From contig JADFGN010000002.1 of assembly GCA_022567695.1 (NCBI GenBank), positions 1 to 43,152 of the forward strand: a stretch of 43,152 nucleotides of DNA, in the 5' to 3' direction. The notes beneath the pieces are model-generated. The model worked only from the letters and a program-made list of their open reading frames with translations. It did not search any database and had not been told where the DNA came from. Position 1 is the first letter of the stretch. Every line of letters starts with the position of its first letter. This DNA is from Candidatus Poribacteria bacterium (lineage in GTDB: Bacteria > Poribacteria > WGA-4E > PCPOR2b). A program made the translations under genes and the position numbers. Of the stretch, positions 1 through 8,562 are shown in pieces.

Positions 1-173
1 TCCACGTCAACTTCGGAGCAGAAGGACCGATGCCCGACCATGAGAGACAAACACTGGAATTGGTCGCCAAAGATGGATATGACGGCTTCTGCTCGGTCGA
101 GGTCATCAACCCTCCGGACTCGGAAGCAACGCTCAAGCGACATGCGCAGTTGTATCAAGAACTTGGGGTCTAG
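1..173 (+). CDS. 3' end of a sugar-phosphate isomerase/epimerase (xylose isomerase-like TIM barrel), partial
   Basis: Hand translation from base 3: HVNFGAEGPMPDHERQTLELVAKDGYDGFCSVEVINPPDSEATLKRHAQLYQELGV*, stop TAG at 171-173. GYDGxxSVE is the typical C-terminal motif of this family. Truncated by the window edge. Confidence 0.6.
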   Translation, partial: HVNFGAEGPMPDHERQTLELVAKDGYDGFCSVEVINPPDSEATLKRHAQLYQELGV

Positions 174-366
174 CATTGTCGGAATTCGTTAGCGTGAAGT
201 TCCCCTCCCACCCGAAGGAGCATCTGGAAGCAGGATTGAAGATATGCGATGGGTTCGTCCCACCATCCGCAGGACAGAATTCAGCCAAAACAATACCTTT
301 TCAATTTGAAGTGCGTAACTCCTGTAAATAATAGTTGATGGATGGGGATGGTTCATTTCACGGCTG

Positions 367-396
367 AGTAGGGGCGAGGCATGCCTCGCCCCTACT
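367..396. repeat. GTAG-type REP-like perfect palindrome AGTAGGGGCGAGGCATGCCTCGCCCCTACT
   Basis: 30-bp perfect inverted repeat between convergent genes; a near-identical copy lies at 14313-14340. Confidence 0.85.
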
Positions 397-1813
397 ACCC
401 TTCAATCGATTGACCACGCATATCCGCTGGCACATCGATGCCAAATTCACGCAACACCGTCGGCGCGATGTCAAACAGATGTTTCGCCGCGACCTGTCCT
501 TTGGATTGAATTTGCGGTGATTTGAGGATGAACATCCCCATCTGCGCGTGGTTGCAGTCGTCCGGACCGGTGTCATTTTCGTAGGTATAAATGCTCCCGT
601 GTCCGACGCTACCGACTGAACGCCAGTAGAGGTCTCCAAAGTAAACGATTAGATCTGGAGCCACGTTACGGACGGTTTTGTAAACCTCTTGGGGCTTAAA
701 GACCCGCGTGCCGATATTACGTCCGTCTTCGTCCACTATCGCCTCAAGACGAGTTTTCAGTTCGTCTCGTACCGACTCGTAATCATCCGGTGGAATAATG
801 CCGTTCGGCTCGCGACCTTTGACATTCATAAAGATGCGTGCATAGTATCCCCCTTCTCCCCATACCTGCGTGTTTTCCCAATCTACCATGTCGGTAGAAA
901 AGCGTGTGATTTCTTTTGAAACTGGCTGCTCCTTCAGTTTGAGATAGCCCTGCTGTTGAAGCCATTCGTTAACACAAATACCACCGTCCATCCGTTTTGC
1001 GCCGTGATCGGAGACAACTAGCACTGTCGTGTTATCGTCTACGCATTCTAATATTCGGCCCAGTTCATCATCAAGCAGGCGATAGTAGTTGCGCATCGTC
1101 TGGGAAAACGGCGAGTCGGGTTCATGCTGGCGATGAGTTTTATCCCAAAATCGCCAGAATGCGTGGTGCAAGCGATCTGACCCCATTTCGACCATCATAA
1201 AAAAATCCCAATCACGGCTTTTTATCAGGTGGCGCGCCAGTTGGAAACGCTTCTCGGTCATCTCAAAAATCTCTTGTTCGAGGCGTTCCCGTTCGTCGGT
1301 TCGGAAGTTGGAAACGTCGATCATATAATCATCGACGATTTCTGCAATCTCCCCTTTGAGTTCGGCCGGAAAGGTGTATTGCGACCTAGTGCTCGGCGTC
1401 AGAAAACTGGTGACCATCCAGCCAGAAATCGGCTTTGGCGGATAGGTCAACGGAACGCCTAGAACGATGGACTTTTTGCCGCAACGCCCGAGGATATCCC
1501 ATAGCGTCGATTCTCGAACGTTTCGGGAACTGACAATATATAGGTTGTCATAAGAGTGATCTTTGCGGTTACGAAAACCGTAGATGCCCAGTTCTCCTGG
1601 ATCTTTGCCAGTCATCATGCACATCCACGCTGGCACAGTGATGGGCGGAATGGTACTCTCAAGTTCACCGTAGATTCCCTCTTCCATGAGCCGCCGTGTA
1701 TGCGGCATGTTTTCTTTGAATGCCTCAAAAACCAGTTGAGGGGCAGCACAGTCCCACCCGATAATCAACACACGTTGTTTGGTACGTTTGAATACTCGAT
1801 TCAGGAATTTCAA
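395..1813 (-). CDS. Alkaline phosphatase superfamily protein (type I phosphodiesterase/nucleotide pyrophosphatase)
   Basis: IIGWDCA metal Asp, PPITVPAW catalytic Thr, DRLHH, VSDHG and NHA motifs; TTG start with AAGGAG RBS. Confidence 0.88.
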   Translation of the reverse strand: MKFLNRVFKRTKQRVLIIGWDCAAPQLVFEAFKENMPHTRRLMEEGIYGELESTIPPITVPAWMCMMTGKDPGELGIYGFRNRKDHSYDNLYIVSSRNVRESTLWDILGRCGKKSIVLGVPLTYPPKPISGWMVTSFLTPSTRSQYTFPAELKGEIAEIVDDYMIDVSNFRTDERERLEQEIFEMTEKRFQLARHLIKSRDWDFFMMVEMGSDRLHHAFWRFWDKTHRQHEPDSPFSQTMRNYYRLLDDELGRILECVDDNTTVLVVSDHGAKRMDGGICVNEWLQQQGYLKLKEQPVSKEITRFSTDMVDWENTQVWGEGGYYARIFMNVKGREPNGIIPPDDYESVRDELKTRLEAIVDEDGRNIGTRVFKPQEVYKTVRNVAPDLIVYFGDLYWRSVGSVGHGSIYTYENDTGPDDCNHAQMGMFILKSPQIQSKGQVAAKHLFDIAPTVLREFGIDVPADMRGQSIEG

Positions 1814-1849
1814 AACTGCATCTCCTTCCGATAGTATCGGTATACCTAT

Positions 1850-3517
1850 TCAATCTGCTAGCACCACTCGATTACGCCCTGCACTTTTGGCTTCGTATAA
1901 TGCCTTGTCGGCTTCTTCACTGAGTTGGTTTGCATCTTCATAGGGTGGGAGGCTAGCGACACCACAACTAAAGGTGACATAAAACTCAGCGTCGTCAAAT
2001 TGATGACGAATCTGTGCAAAAGCAGCACGAATTTCATCGATAATTTTTACTGCGGTTGCACCATCGGTGTCCGGGAGGAGAATTGCAAATTCTTCTCCAC
2101 CATAACGCCCGATGGAATCCGTTTTGCGGAGGCGCTGACGTAATAGCCGGGATAGATTTTTCAGAATGCGGTCTCCGATAGAATGACCATAAGTATCATT
2201 TACTGACTTAAAATAATCGATGTCAATCATCGCGTACGACAATGTGCTGTTTTCCCTTTTGGCACGCGAGGCTTCAATATCGAGTTGTTCCTTAATTTTG
2301 GTATGGTTGAGCAACCCGGTCAGGCTGTCGCGATCCATAAATGAACGTAAGATTCGTGCCCGTTCTACCCGATGCTCGATCGACGAAACCAGATGTTCAG
2401 CCTCAATCGGCTTGGCCAGGAAATCGTCCACGCCAAAATGCATCGCTTCTAACTGACTTTCGATACTGGTTTCGTTCGAGAGGAACACAATCGGAATGCT
2501 GACGTAGGCATCCTGCTGGCGGATGGCTTTTGCCAATTCTTTGCCATCATCATAGTTAGGCATGTATATATCCATCAGAATTAAGTCAGGTCTGAAATCA
2601 ACCAATGGCTGCATGACGTGCATGGGATCGGTGATTACCGTTGTGACCATCCCCGCCTGCTGCAAGATCAATCCATAGTGGGTAGCCAGCATTACCTCAT
2701 CTTCGACAATGAGAATGCGATATGGCTCTGAATTTTGACGTGCTGTCAGGATATCAAGCCTGTCGATTAGCCTGCCAATGTCAACGGGTTTGGTGAAATA
2801 GGCTTCTCCACTGGCATGCACCGCTTGCAAGCGGGCAGTTAAATCACCACGAGCCGAAATAAAGATGACAGGTATCGGATTTTCACGACCGTGTTGGATG
2901 TCGGAGATGACATCAGTACCTGCGAGGAAGCCTTCCGGAAACATAATATCCATGATAATTGCCGCCGGCGGAGTTTGATTGACAGATTCCTTGAGTCCAG
3001 TCGTCTGTTGGTAAGTTCTCACTTCGTAACCAAAGTGACCGATTTGTAGAGCGAGATCTTGTGCGAGGTGCGAATCATCTTCGACCAGAAAAACGAGCCT
3101 GCTATCTTTTTCGTGTAGCGGGGAATGTTTGGAAGGGCGATGTTCAGTTCGCGTGACTTTCGGAACACTTTCATCAGGTCTTAAAGAAGCCGGTTTCAGC
3201 GCATCCAGTAACGTGCGAATCTGCTTTCTCTGTTCGGCTGTTGGTGGAACACCATCTTCAATGATAGTGGTCGCAAGTCTTTCCAAAGTACGAGCTGCAT
3301 CACTCAAGGTCGGGAAACCAAAGGAAGCACCTGAACCCGCAAGGCCATGTGTCATCCGGTGCATGATTTCGAAAGCCTCATCATCCCATTCACCTTGAAC
3401 TAATTTATCCCATATTGCTTCGATTTCTCTGATTTTGTCGGGCAGCTGATCGGCATATTCTTTACGTAGCGCAGTCAATTGCTCTTCAAACAGCTCTTGA
3501 TTCAGATTATTTGTCAT
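1850..3517 (-). CDS. Diguanylate cyclase response regulator (Hpt-REC-REC-GGDEF)
   Basis: Hpt motif THGLAGSGASFG; two receiver domains (IMDIMFP, LMDIYMP); DSLTGLLN, DIDYFKSVNDTYGH, RKTD I-site and intact GGEEF. Confidence 0.93.
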   Translation of the reverse strand: MTNNLNQELFEEQLTALRKEYADQLPDKIREIEAIWDKLVQGEWDDEAFEIMHRMTHGLAGSGASFGFPTLSDAARTLERLATTIIEDGVPPTAEQRKQIRTLLDALKPASLRPDESVPKVTRTEHRPSKHSPLHEKDSRLVFLVEDDSHLAQDLALQIGHFGYEVRTYQQTTGLKESVNQTPPAAIIMDIMFPEGFLAGTDVISDIQHGRENPIPVIFISARGDLTARLQAVHASGEAYFTKPVDIGRLIDRLDILTARQNSEPYRILIVEDEVMLATHYGLILQQAGMVTTVITDPMHVMQPLVDFRPDLILMDIYMPNYDDGKELAKAIRQQDAYVSIPIVFLSNETSIESQLEAMHFGVDDFLAKPIEAEHLVSSIEHRVERARILRSFMDRDSLTGLLNHTKIKEQLDIEASRAKRENSTLSYAMIDIDYFKSVNDTYGHSIGDRILKNLSRLLRQRLRKTDSIGRYGGEEFAILLPDTDGATAVKIIDEIRAAFAQIRHQFDDAEFYVTFSCGVASLPPYEDANQLSEEADKALYEAKSAGRNRVVLAD

Positions 3518-3960
3518 GATATTGTGTCCATAAAAAGTTAACAGTTTGGGAAAGGGTCATTGGATTAAATGGTTTGGAGATAACATCCAGAGCCCCTGTG
3601 TTTTTATATTGTGCGACCTCATGCGGTTGGACCTTGGCAGTCACACTTCGGATTTGACTAGACGTACCTACTTCTTGTCAAACTTTTCTAGCGCGTATAA
3701 TACGATTTGGTTACAGATTCAATGAATGCTACCATGGACGCGCGAAAAGCCAAAGATTGTTTCCAAGCTGTTTACAATTCTAGAAATTCCTTCATTTTTT
3801 ATGAATTTTTTCGCAACATTTGGGTTATACTTTACTTGTAAGTAATCAAATCCCGGAGCAATTATGCTCCTCTTTAGTTTTTCGGCATCTACTATGTACT
3901 AACTTTAATTTTAAATGAGAAAGGAGACTTATACACAATGAGTCACCGTAGACAACGAAC

Positions 3961-4143
3961 ATGGACGCCAGCGTCGGAGGCACTTGCGGCCGATGCGATT
4001 GTGCCGTCCCGTTACAGAGGGAATTGCTTTGTTCCCCTTCCACCCGTTCAGAGAAATATGCGCTTAAGTTTTGGAAAATCACCAAGGATTTCCCCGTCAA
4101 CGTACGAAACGAGTTTTTGCTTACTGAAGGAGGCTGCAAGTGA
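3961..4143 (+). CDS. Putative small Cys-rich protein coupled to the ECF sigma gene
   Basis: 60 aa with CGRCDC. Its TGA overlaps the sigma GTG start (GTGA) and it contains the sigma RBS. It has no clear RBS of its own and competes with the overlapping ORF 3938-4219. Confidence 0.25.
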   Translation: MDASVGGTCGRCDCAVPLQRELLCSPSTRSEKYALKFWKITKDFPVNVRNEFLLTEGGCK

Positions 4144-4886
4144 CAGGTATTTCAGAAGTCGAGTTTTGGAAAAAACGCGATTATGGAGAAGAAGCAGATC
4201 AGGAGAAGACCCCGGTTAACTTGAAAAGCAATGGAAAAGGAAGAACTGCACCTTGGATGGGTTACGTTTCAATTGCCGCTACCGAAAGAGGGATGAGCGT
4301 GGGGCGGTCTGACGAAGATTTGATGCTTTCTATTAAAAACGGAGATAGCTTTGCATTTGAGATCTTGACCAAACGCCACTATGCAAATACATTGAATTTC
4401 ATTTACCGCTTTGTAAACAACCAGACACTCGCTGAAGATCTTTGCCAAGAGACATTCCTACGCCTTTGGCGGAGTACAAAGACGTATCAACCGCTCGCCA
4501 AATTGACGACTTTCCTTTATCATATCGCGAAGAATGTATGTTTGAAATATCTCGCGAAAATGGGCCGTCTGCCTTACATTTTATCGTTGGATGAACCTGT
4601 TTATGACGAGCATCAGAGTGAGTATACTCGATCGGAAGAGATCGAAGATAATACATATTTGCCAGAGGAAAAAGTCATTTCCAAGGAAACTGGTGAAGCC
4701 ATTCGATCTGCGATAAATAAACTCTCCGAAGAACATCGGCTCGTCTTTATTTTAACGGAGTTTCAAGGGTTATCTTACCAGGAGGTTGCCGAGATTTCCC
4801 AATGTCCAATTGGCACTGTGGCTTCCCGGAAGAACGCAGCGGTTAGGCATCTTCAGAAAAATTTGGCGCAATACAGCGCATATTAA
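4140..4886 (+). CDS. ECF (sigma-70 group 4) RNA polymerase sigma factor
   Basis: SDEDLM, AEDLCQETFLRLW (region 2), LSYQEVAEISQCPIGTVASR (region 4). AAGGAGG precedes GTG 4140; alternative ATG start at 4293. Confidence 0.92.
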   Translation: MTGISEVEFWKKRDYGEEADQEKTPVNLKSNGKGRTAPWMGYVSIAATERGMSVGRSDEDLMLSIKNGDSFAFEILTKRHYANTLNFIYRFVNNQTLAEDLCQETFLRLWRSTKTYQPLAKLTTFLYHIAKNVCLKYLAKMGRLPYILSLDEPVYDEHQSEYTRSEEIEDNTYLPEEKVISKETGEAIRSAINKLSEEHRLVFILTEFQGLSYQEVAEISQCPIGTVASRKNAAVRHLQKNLAQYSAY

Positions 4887-5077
4887 GATGGATGGCTGAT
4901 ACAATGGAGTATTTCAAGTGAAAATTGACAGTAGATTCGAGGACATACCGGAAGAGTTGAGAGATGGATGCTTTCGTGGTATAGCTCTCGAAGCACTGAC
5001 ACATTATGGCATTTCCAATCCTCACTTAGTAGACGATTACGAAATAGGGGGTCTCTATTGGCTTCTCGGCGGGATAC

Positions 5078-5660
5078 TTACCAACGGAACCGAAGTGTCA
5101 TCACAGTTGATGCTGAAACCGGTAACAGTAACTCGGCGGCATCACCCTGTTGGCGAATCAGCGGTTTGGCGGAGTTGGTACTTTCGACGCGCATCTGTAG
5201 CCCATCGAAGCGGTACCAATCGTCATCCACTTTAATTGTCGAGGCGCGAGCGGCACGAAACCACAGGTTTTCGACCGCCGAACCGCTAAACCGTAATTCC
5301 CGAATGAGTTCTTTCTCAGTGTCGGATTCGACCGGATTCGGCGTATCTTGTATAAACAGCCCGCCAAATTCGTATAGGAACGTTGGTCGTTTGTCAGGCG
5401 ATAATCGGTATCCCGTGAAGCGGAAGCCCAAATCTTTTCCCGTTCCTTCCGGCCATGCCTGCGATGGGGACGCCAACTTCGCCAACGGCACGCCAACCTG
5501 GTTCCGGGCATGACACGCGAAACAATTGAACGTCAGCAAGCTGTGAGCAATGACGTCGCCGGGGTGCTTGAGTGTCGCGGACTCTGGATGACTCTTCAAC
5601 GCCGTCAGATGACTGGTAAGCATTTCTTTTTGTTGCGCGTCGAGTGCAGCCAATGGAATG
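5078..5660 (-). pseudogene. Remnant of a large c-type cytochrome-like protein (5'-truncated, probably internally deleted)
   Basis: CFACH heme motif followed almost at once by FRFTGYRLSPDKRPTFLYEFG, which I recall as the C-terminal domain of much larger PVC-type cytochrome c proteins. No signal peptide or RBS. Confidence 0.55.
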
Positions 5661-5661
5661 G

Positions 5662-5775
5662 AAAGGCCACGACAAAGTCGATGAAGGCAGGACCATTAAC
5701 GCATAACTGGTGATATGTGGCTTCGTCGTTGAAGTTTACAGTGAGAGTTCGATTCTCACGGGAGCGTTTTCCCAT
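5662..5775 (-). mobile_element. Possible N-terminal fragment of a transposase
   Basis: GGAGG RBS plus ATG 5775 gives MGKRSRENRTLTVNFNDEATYHQLCVNGPAFIDFVVAF. From memory this resembles the N-terminus of an uncharacterised DDE-type transposase family; it runs straight into the cytochrome remnant. Confidence 0.45.
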
Positions 5776-5841
5776 CGATTCCTCCGAAAGGTGTTTTCCA
5801 TTGGATAACATCTGCTTTCGGAAGAAATCAAGAACAAATAC

Positions 5842-6513
5842 TCAACGGTCCGGAAGGTTAGCACTTAATTCGATGGAATGTGGAATTTCTGTTAATCCCC
5901 GGAGATTTTCAACCAAGCTCGCTACTGGAAGCCCAACCACATTGAAGTAGCAACCTTCGATTCTCGTGACGAAGGCCGCTGCCCGCCCTTGAATCCCGTA
6001 AGCACCTGCCTTATCCGATGCCTCACCACTACGGACATATTCGATGATTTCGGAGTAGCGCAGCTTCCGGAAGTAGACAGTTGTTCTTTCTGCCCATGTT
6101 ACCTCTTGAGATTGGGGTTTTCGTTTCGCTTGACTTGCAGAAGTAGAAAGATGAATCAACGCAACCCCCGTGATGACCTCATGGTGGTTGCCACTGAGTC
6201 GCGTCAAAATCTCAATAGCGTGCTGATCGCTATCCGGTTTGCCGATGACTTTTCCATCGATGACAACTACCGTGTCTGCACCGATGACAAGCCCGCTATC
6301 TAAACCCTCAGCAACGGTGCTTGCCTTCATCAAAGCGAGTTCTTGCACCGCTCTTGTGGGAGACTGATGTGTGATTTCCGGTTCCGTCACTCTGCTCGGA
6401 CGGATTTGAAATTCAAGTCCAATTTGTCTCAGTAAATCTGCCCGTCTTGGAGAGGCAGAGGCAAGTATGATATTGGAGAAGGGGTTAAATTGTGTTAATT
6501 GAGTTGTTTGCAC
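5842..6513 (-). CDS. maf: Maf/YhdE-family nucleoside triphosphate pyrophosphatase
   Basis: ILASASPRR, IGADTVV, KAGAYGIQG and NVVGLP motifs; R/V/Q signature of the YhdE subfamily. Confidence 0.95.
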   Translation of the reverse strand: MQTTQLTQFNPFSNIILASASPRRADLLRQIGLEFQIRPSRVTEPEITHQSPTRAVQELALMKASTVAEGLDSGLVIGADTVVVIDGKVIGKPDSDQHAIEILTRLSGNHHEVITGVALIHLSTSASQAKRKPQSQEVTWAERTTVYFRKLRYSEIIEYVRSGEASDKAGAYGIQGRAAAFVTRIEGCYFNVVGLPVASLVENLRGLTEIPHSIELSANLPDR

Positions 6514-6515
6514 GT

Positions 6516-6967
6516 TTATGTGATATGCTCATTCGATGCCTTTACAAGTTCATCCACCTTTGCGTCTAATCTTTTATGGACAGACTCATAGCTCATGCAC
6601 AGCAAGTACGGACAAGATGATAGCGTTTTTGCCTTTTGCTTTATATACTTTGCTTTTCTACTGGGATAGTGCTCGATTGAGAACTTAATTTGCTCTGCAT
6701 AGGCTTCGATCTCATAATTCAATCTTGCCGACCTCGAAAAGATATACTTCAATTGGAATAGCCAATCCTCTTGATACTGTCGGACATGCACTTTCTCATG
6801 AATAACTAATCCTGTTGTGCGGATAGATGGTGAACCTGAGTAATAATTGTCATAGCGTTTCGGAGTTAGATATATTGTTGAACCCAGCGTCGTTGAAAAT
6901 CGGTTACGTCCTGCCAATGGTAAAAATTCCATAGCGATGACTTTCTTTTAATTTTGGCCTCATTCAT
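6516..6967 (-). CDS. Small HExxH zinc-peptidase-like protein, apparently frameshifted near its 5' end
   Basis: IHEKVHVRQY and YEIEAY motifs in ORF 6516-6932. The strong GGAGGAG RBS serves ATG 6967, which is one base out of frame; adding one T to the T5 run (6922-6926) joins the two frames. Confidence 0.6.
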
Positions 6968-6987
6968 ATTCTCCTCCAGATTTCCCA

Positions 6988-8364
6988 TTACCGGCTCTTG
7001 TGCTTTCCATCTTTTCGGGGTACAATCGCCGCAATATTAAACACGCGTCTTTCGTAACCGTGAGATGGACGATTTATGACGCCACCAAGCCCCCACAATG
7101 TGGACGAACTTCCACCATCAAGATTGATTGCATTCTTCACACCGAGGTCTTGAAAAAATTCAGCCATTTCATAAAAGGTCATTCCCATGCTGTATCCCCT
7201 CTGTCGGCCGTCAATCACCATAAGGAAGAGTTTCTTGTCATTAAAACCCATTGCGCTGCGTGGATGAAGAGAAGTGCCGTTACGGTAATTCGGTGAAGAC
7301 CCCCCTCGGGTTTGGTGAAATTCTACCAATTCAGGTTCAATCTTGCCATCGCGCAGGAGGCGTATATCCCCACCCATACCATCGCGGACCTGTTGCCACT
7401 TAGTCGGCAGCAATGCAATCTCTAATTCTCCCGTTGCCCCTTCAACAAATTTGCTCCATATTCGCGTCAATCGGCGGTCTAGCGAGAGAACAATCCCCTG
7501 ACGTGGAATCGTGCTGTTGCCGTTTCGATTGACCGCATCGACCACGAAGCGGCTGCGATATTTGCCCGTGAGTGGTAGTTTGAGTTCTGTAAGGGTGATT
7601 TCGTAGTTACTGCGCGTAAGCGTCTGTGCGCCAAATCGGGGCGTATAGATTACGGTTTGGCATGCTGAATCGCAGATCTGATTGATACAGCCGACTTTTA
7701 AGTCTTCTCCATCAATGCGGATGATGCCGTTTAATTGAACTGCATCCATCAAATACTCACCATCCACAGTAACCCCGAAGCAGGTTTCTCCCCACTCAGA
7801 GGGCGGGGAATACCCCCATCGATTGCGTCTCGGTGGAATACTGATCAACTCCCAATCTTGAATATGAAGATTGAAGAACATCCCACCACGCCCTCTGCCA
7901 TCCTGTCGAATCCCAAAGCCAGCGTTGACGGCTGCTAATATCGGAACTCCGGACGCTGCCCACCGCCTTGCCATACTGCTAATGGTTTCACGCCCCAGGG
8001 TACGATTGTTCGAAAGTCCAGCACCAAAGCGGAGGTTTGGGGCATCCCGGTCCATTTCGGCCACGTAAATGGCTGTCTGCCGTTTCGTCCACCAGTCACG
8101 ATAAATACGCATCCCTTTTTGCCACAATGAGGTTTTAATATAATCCCGCTTTTTCGATGACGGGTGAGGATTTTCAGGAGATTGTTTTTTTAACAATCGC
8201 GTTTTGAGCGATGTCGATGCTTCTGTATTCATAGCAAGTTGAGGCAACTTTCGGGAAGTTTCCCGCAACGCGCCTATCGCCAGAATAAGAAATAGCAGGA
8301 TACTGCAAACAGCGTAAATTTTAACCTGATAGATATTCCGTCCGTTCTTCGCGTTCATTGTCAA
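6988..8364 (-). CDS. Phosphodiester glycosidase family protein (NAGPA/DUF2233), N-terminal membrane anchor
   Basis: AAVNAGF, HPRSAMG, IDGRQ, AINLDGGSSS and NRPS motifs; hydrophobic N-terminal helix. Confidence 0.88.
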   Translation of the reverse strand: MTMNAKNGRNIYQVKIYAVCSILLFLILAIGALRETSRKLPQLAMNTEASTSLKTRLLKKQSPENPHPSSKKRDYIKTSLWQKGMRIYRDWWTKRQTAIYVAEMDRDAPNLRFGAGLSNNRTLGRETISSMARRWAASGVPILAAVNAGFGIRQDGRGRGGMFFNLHIQDWELISIPPRRNRWGYSPPSEWGETCFGVTVDGEYLMDAVQLNGIIRIDGEDLKVGCINQICDSACQTVIYTPRFGAQTLTRSNYEITLTELKLPLTGKYRSRFVVDAVNRNGNSTIPRQGIVLSLDRRLTRIWSKFVEGATGELEIALLPTKWQQVRDGMGGDIRLLRDGKIEPELVEFHQTRGGSSPNYRNGTSLHPRSAMGFNDKKLFLMVIDGRQRGYSMGMTFYEMAEFFQDLGVKNAINLDGGSSSTLWGLGGVINRPSHGYERRVFNIAAIVPRKDGKHKSR

Positions 8365-8421
8365 TCTCCCTCAAGTGGATTAGGATTTGCATTTCATTCA
8401 CCCTGCCCACAATTTTCCCAC

Positions 8422-8450
8422 ATTATAGCCTGAACTGATGCGGTCTGCAA
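8422..8450 (-). promoter_or_regulatory. Sigma70-type promoter for the NAGPA-like gene
   Basis: Minus strand TTGCAG-N17-TATAAT. Confidence 0.55.
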
Positions 8451-8562
8451 GTCCATTTGCCAGAAGGGGATGTAGATTTCGCGGCTAACGCCGCTCCCAC
8501 GTGTTGCGAAGTCCATGATTGACTGACAAATTCCCCACCCTCTGGCACATCTCAGCCTCTCT

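Noticed and set aside
3520-3900. c-di-GMP or other riboswitch upstream of the diguanylate cyclase
   Set aside because: Only a weak hairpin near 3640-3658; no recognisable riboswitch consensus. An Infernal/Rfam scan would settle it.
4968-5513. 181-aa plus-strand ORF as an anti-sigma factor
   Set aside because: Ser/Arg-rich antisense shadow of the cytochrome remnant; no zinc-binding anti-sigma motif or TM helix.
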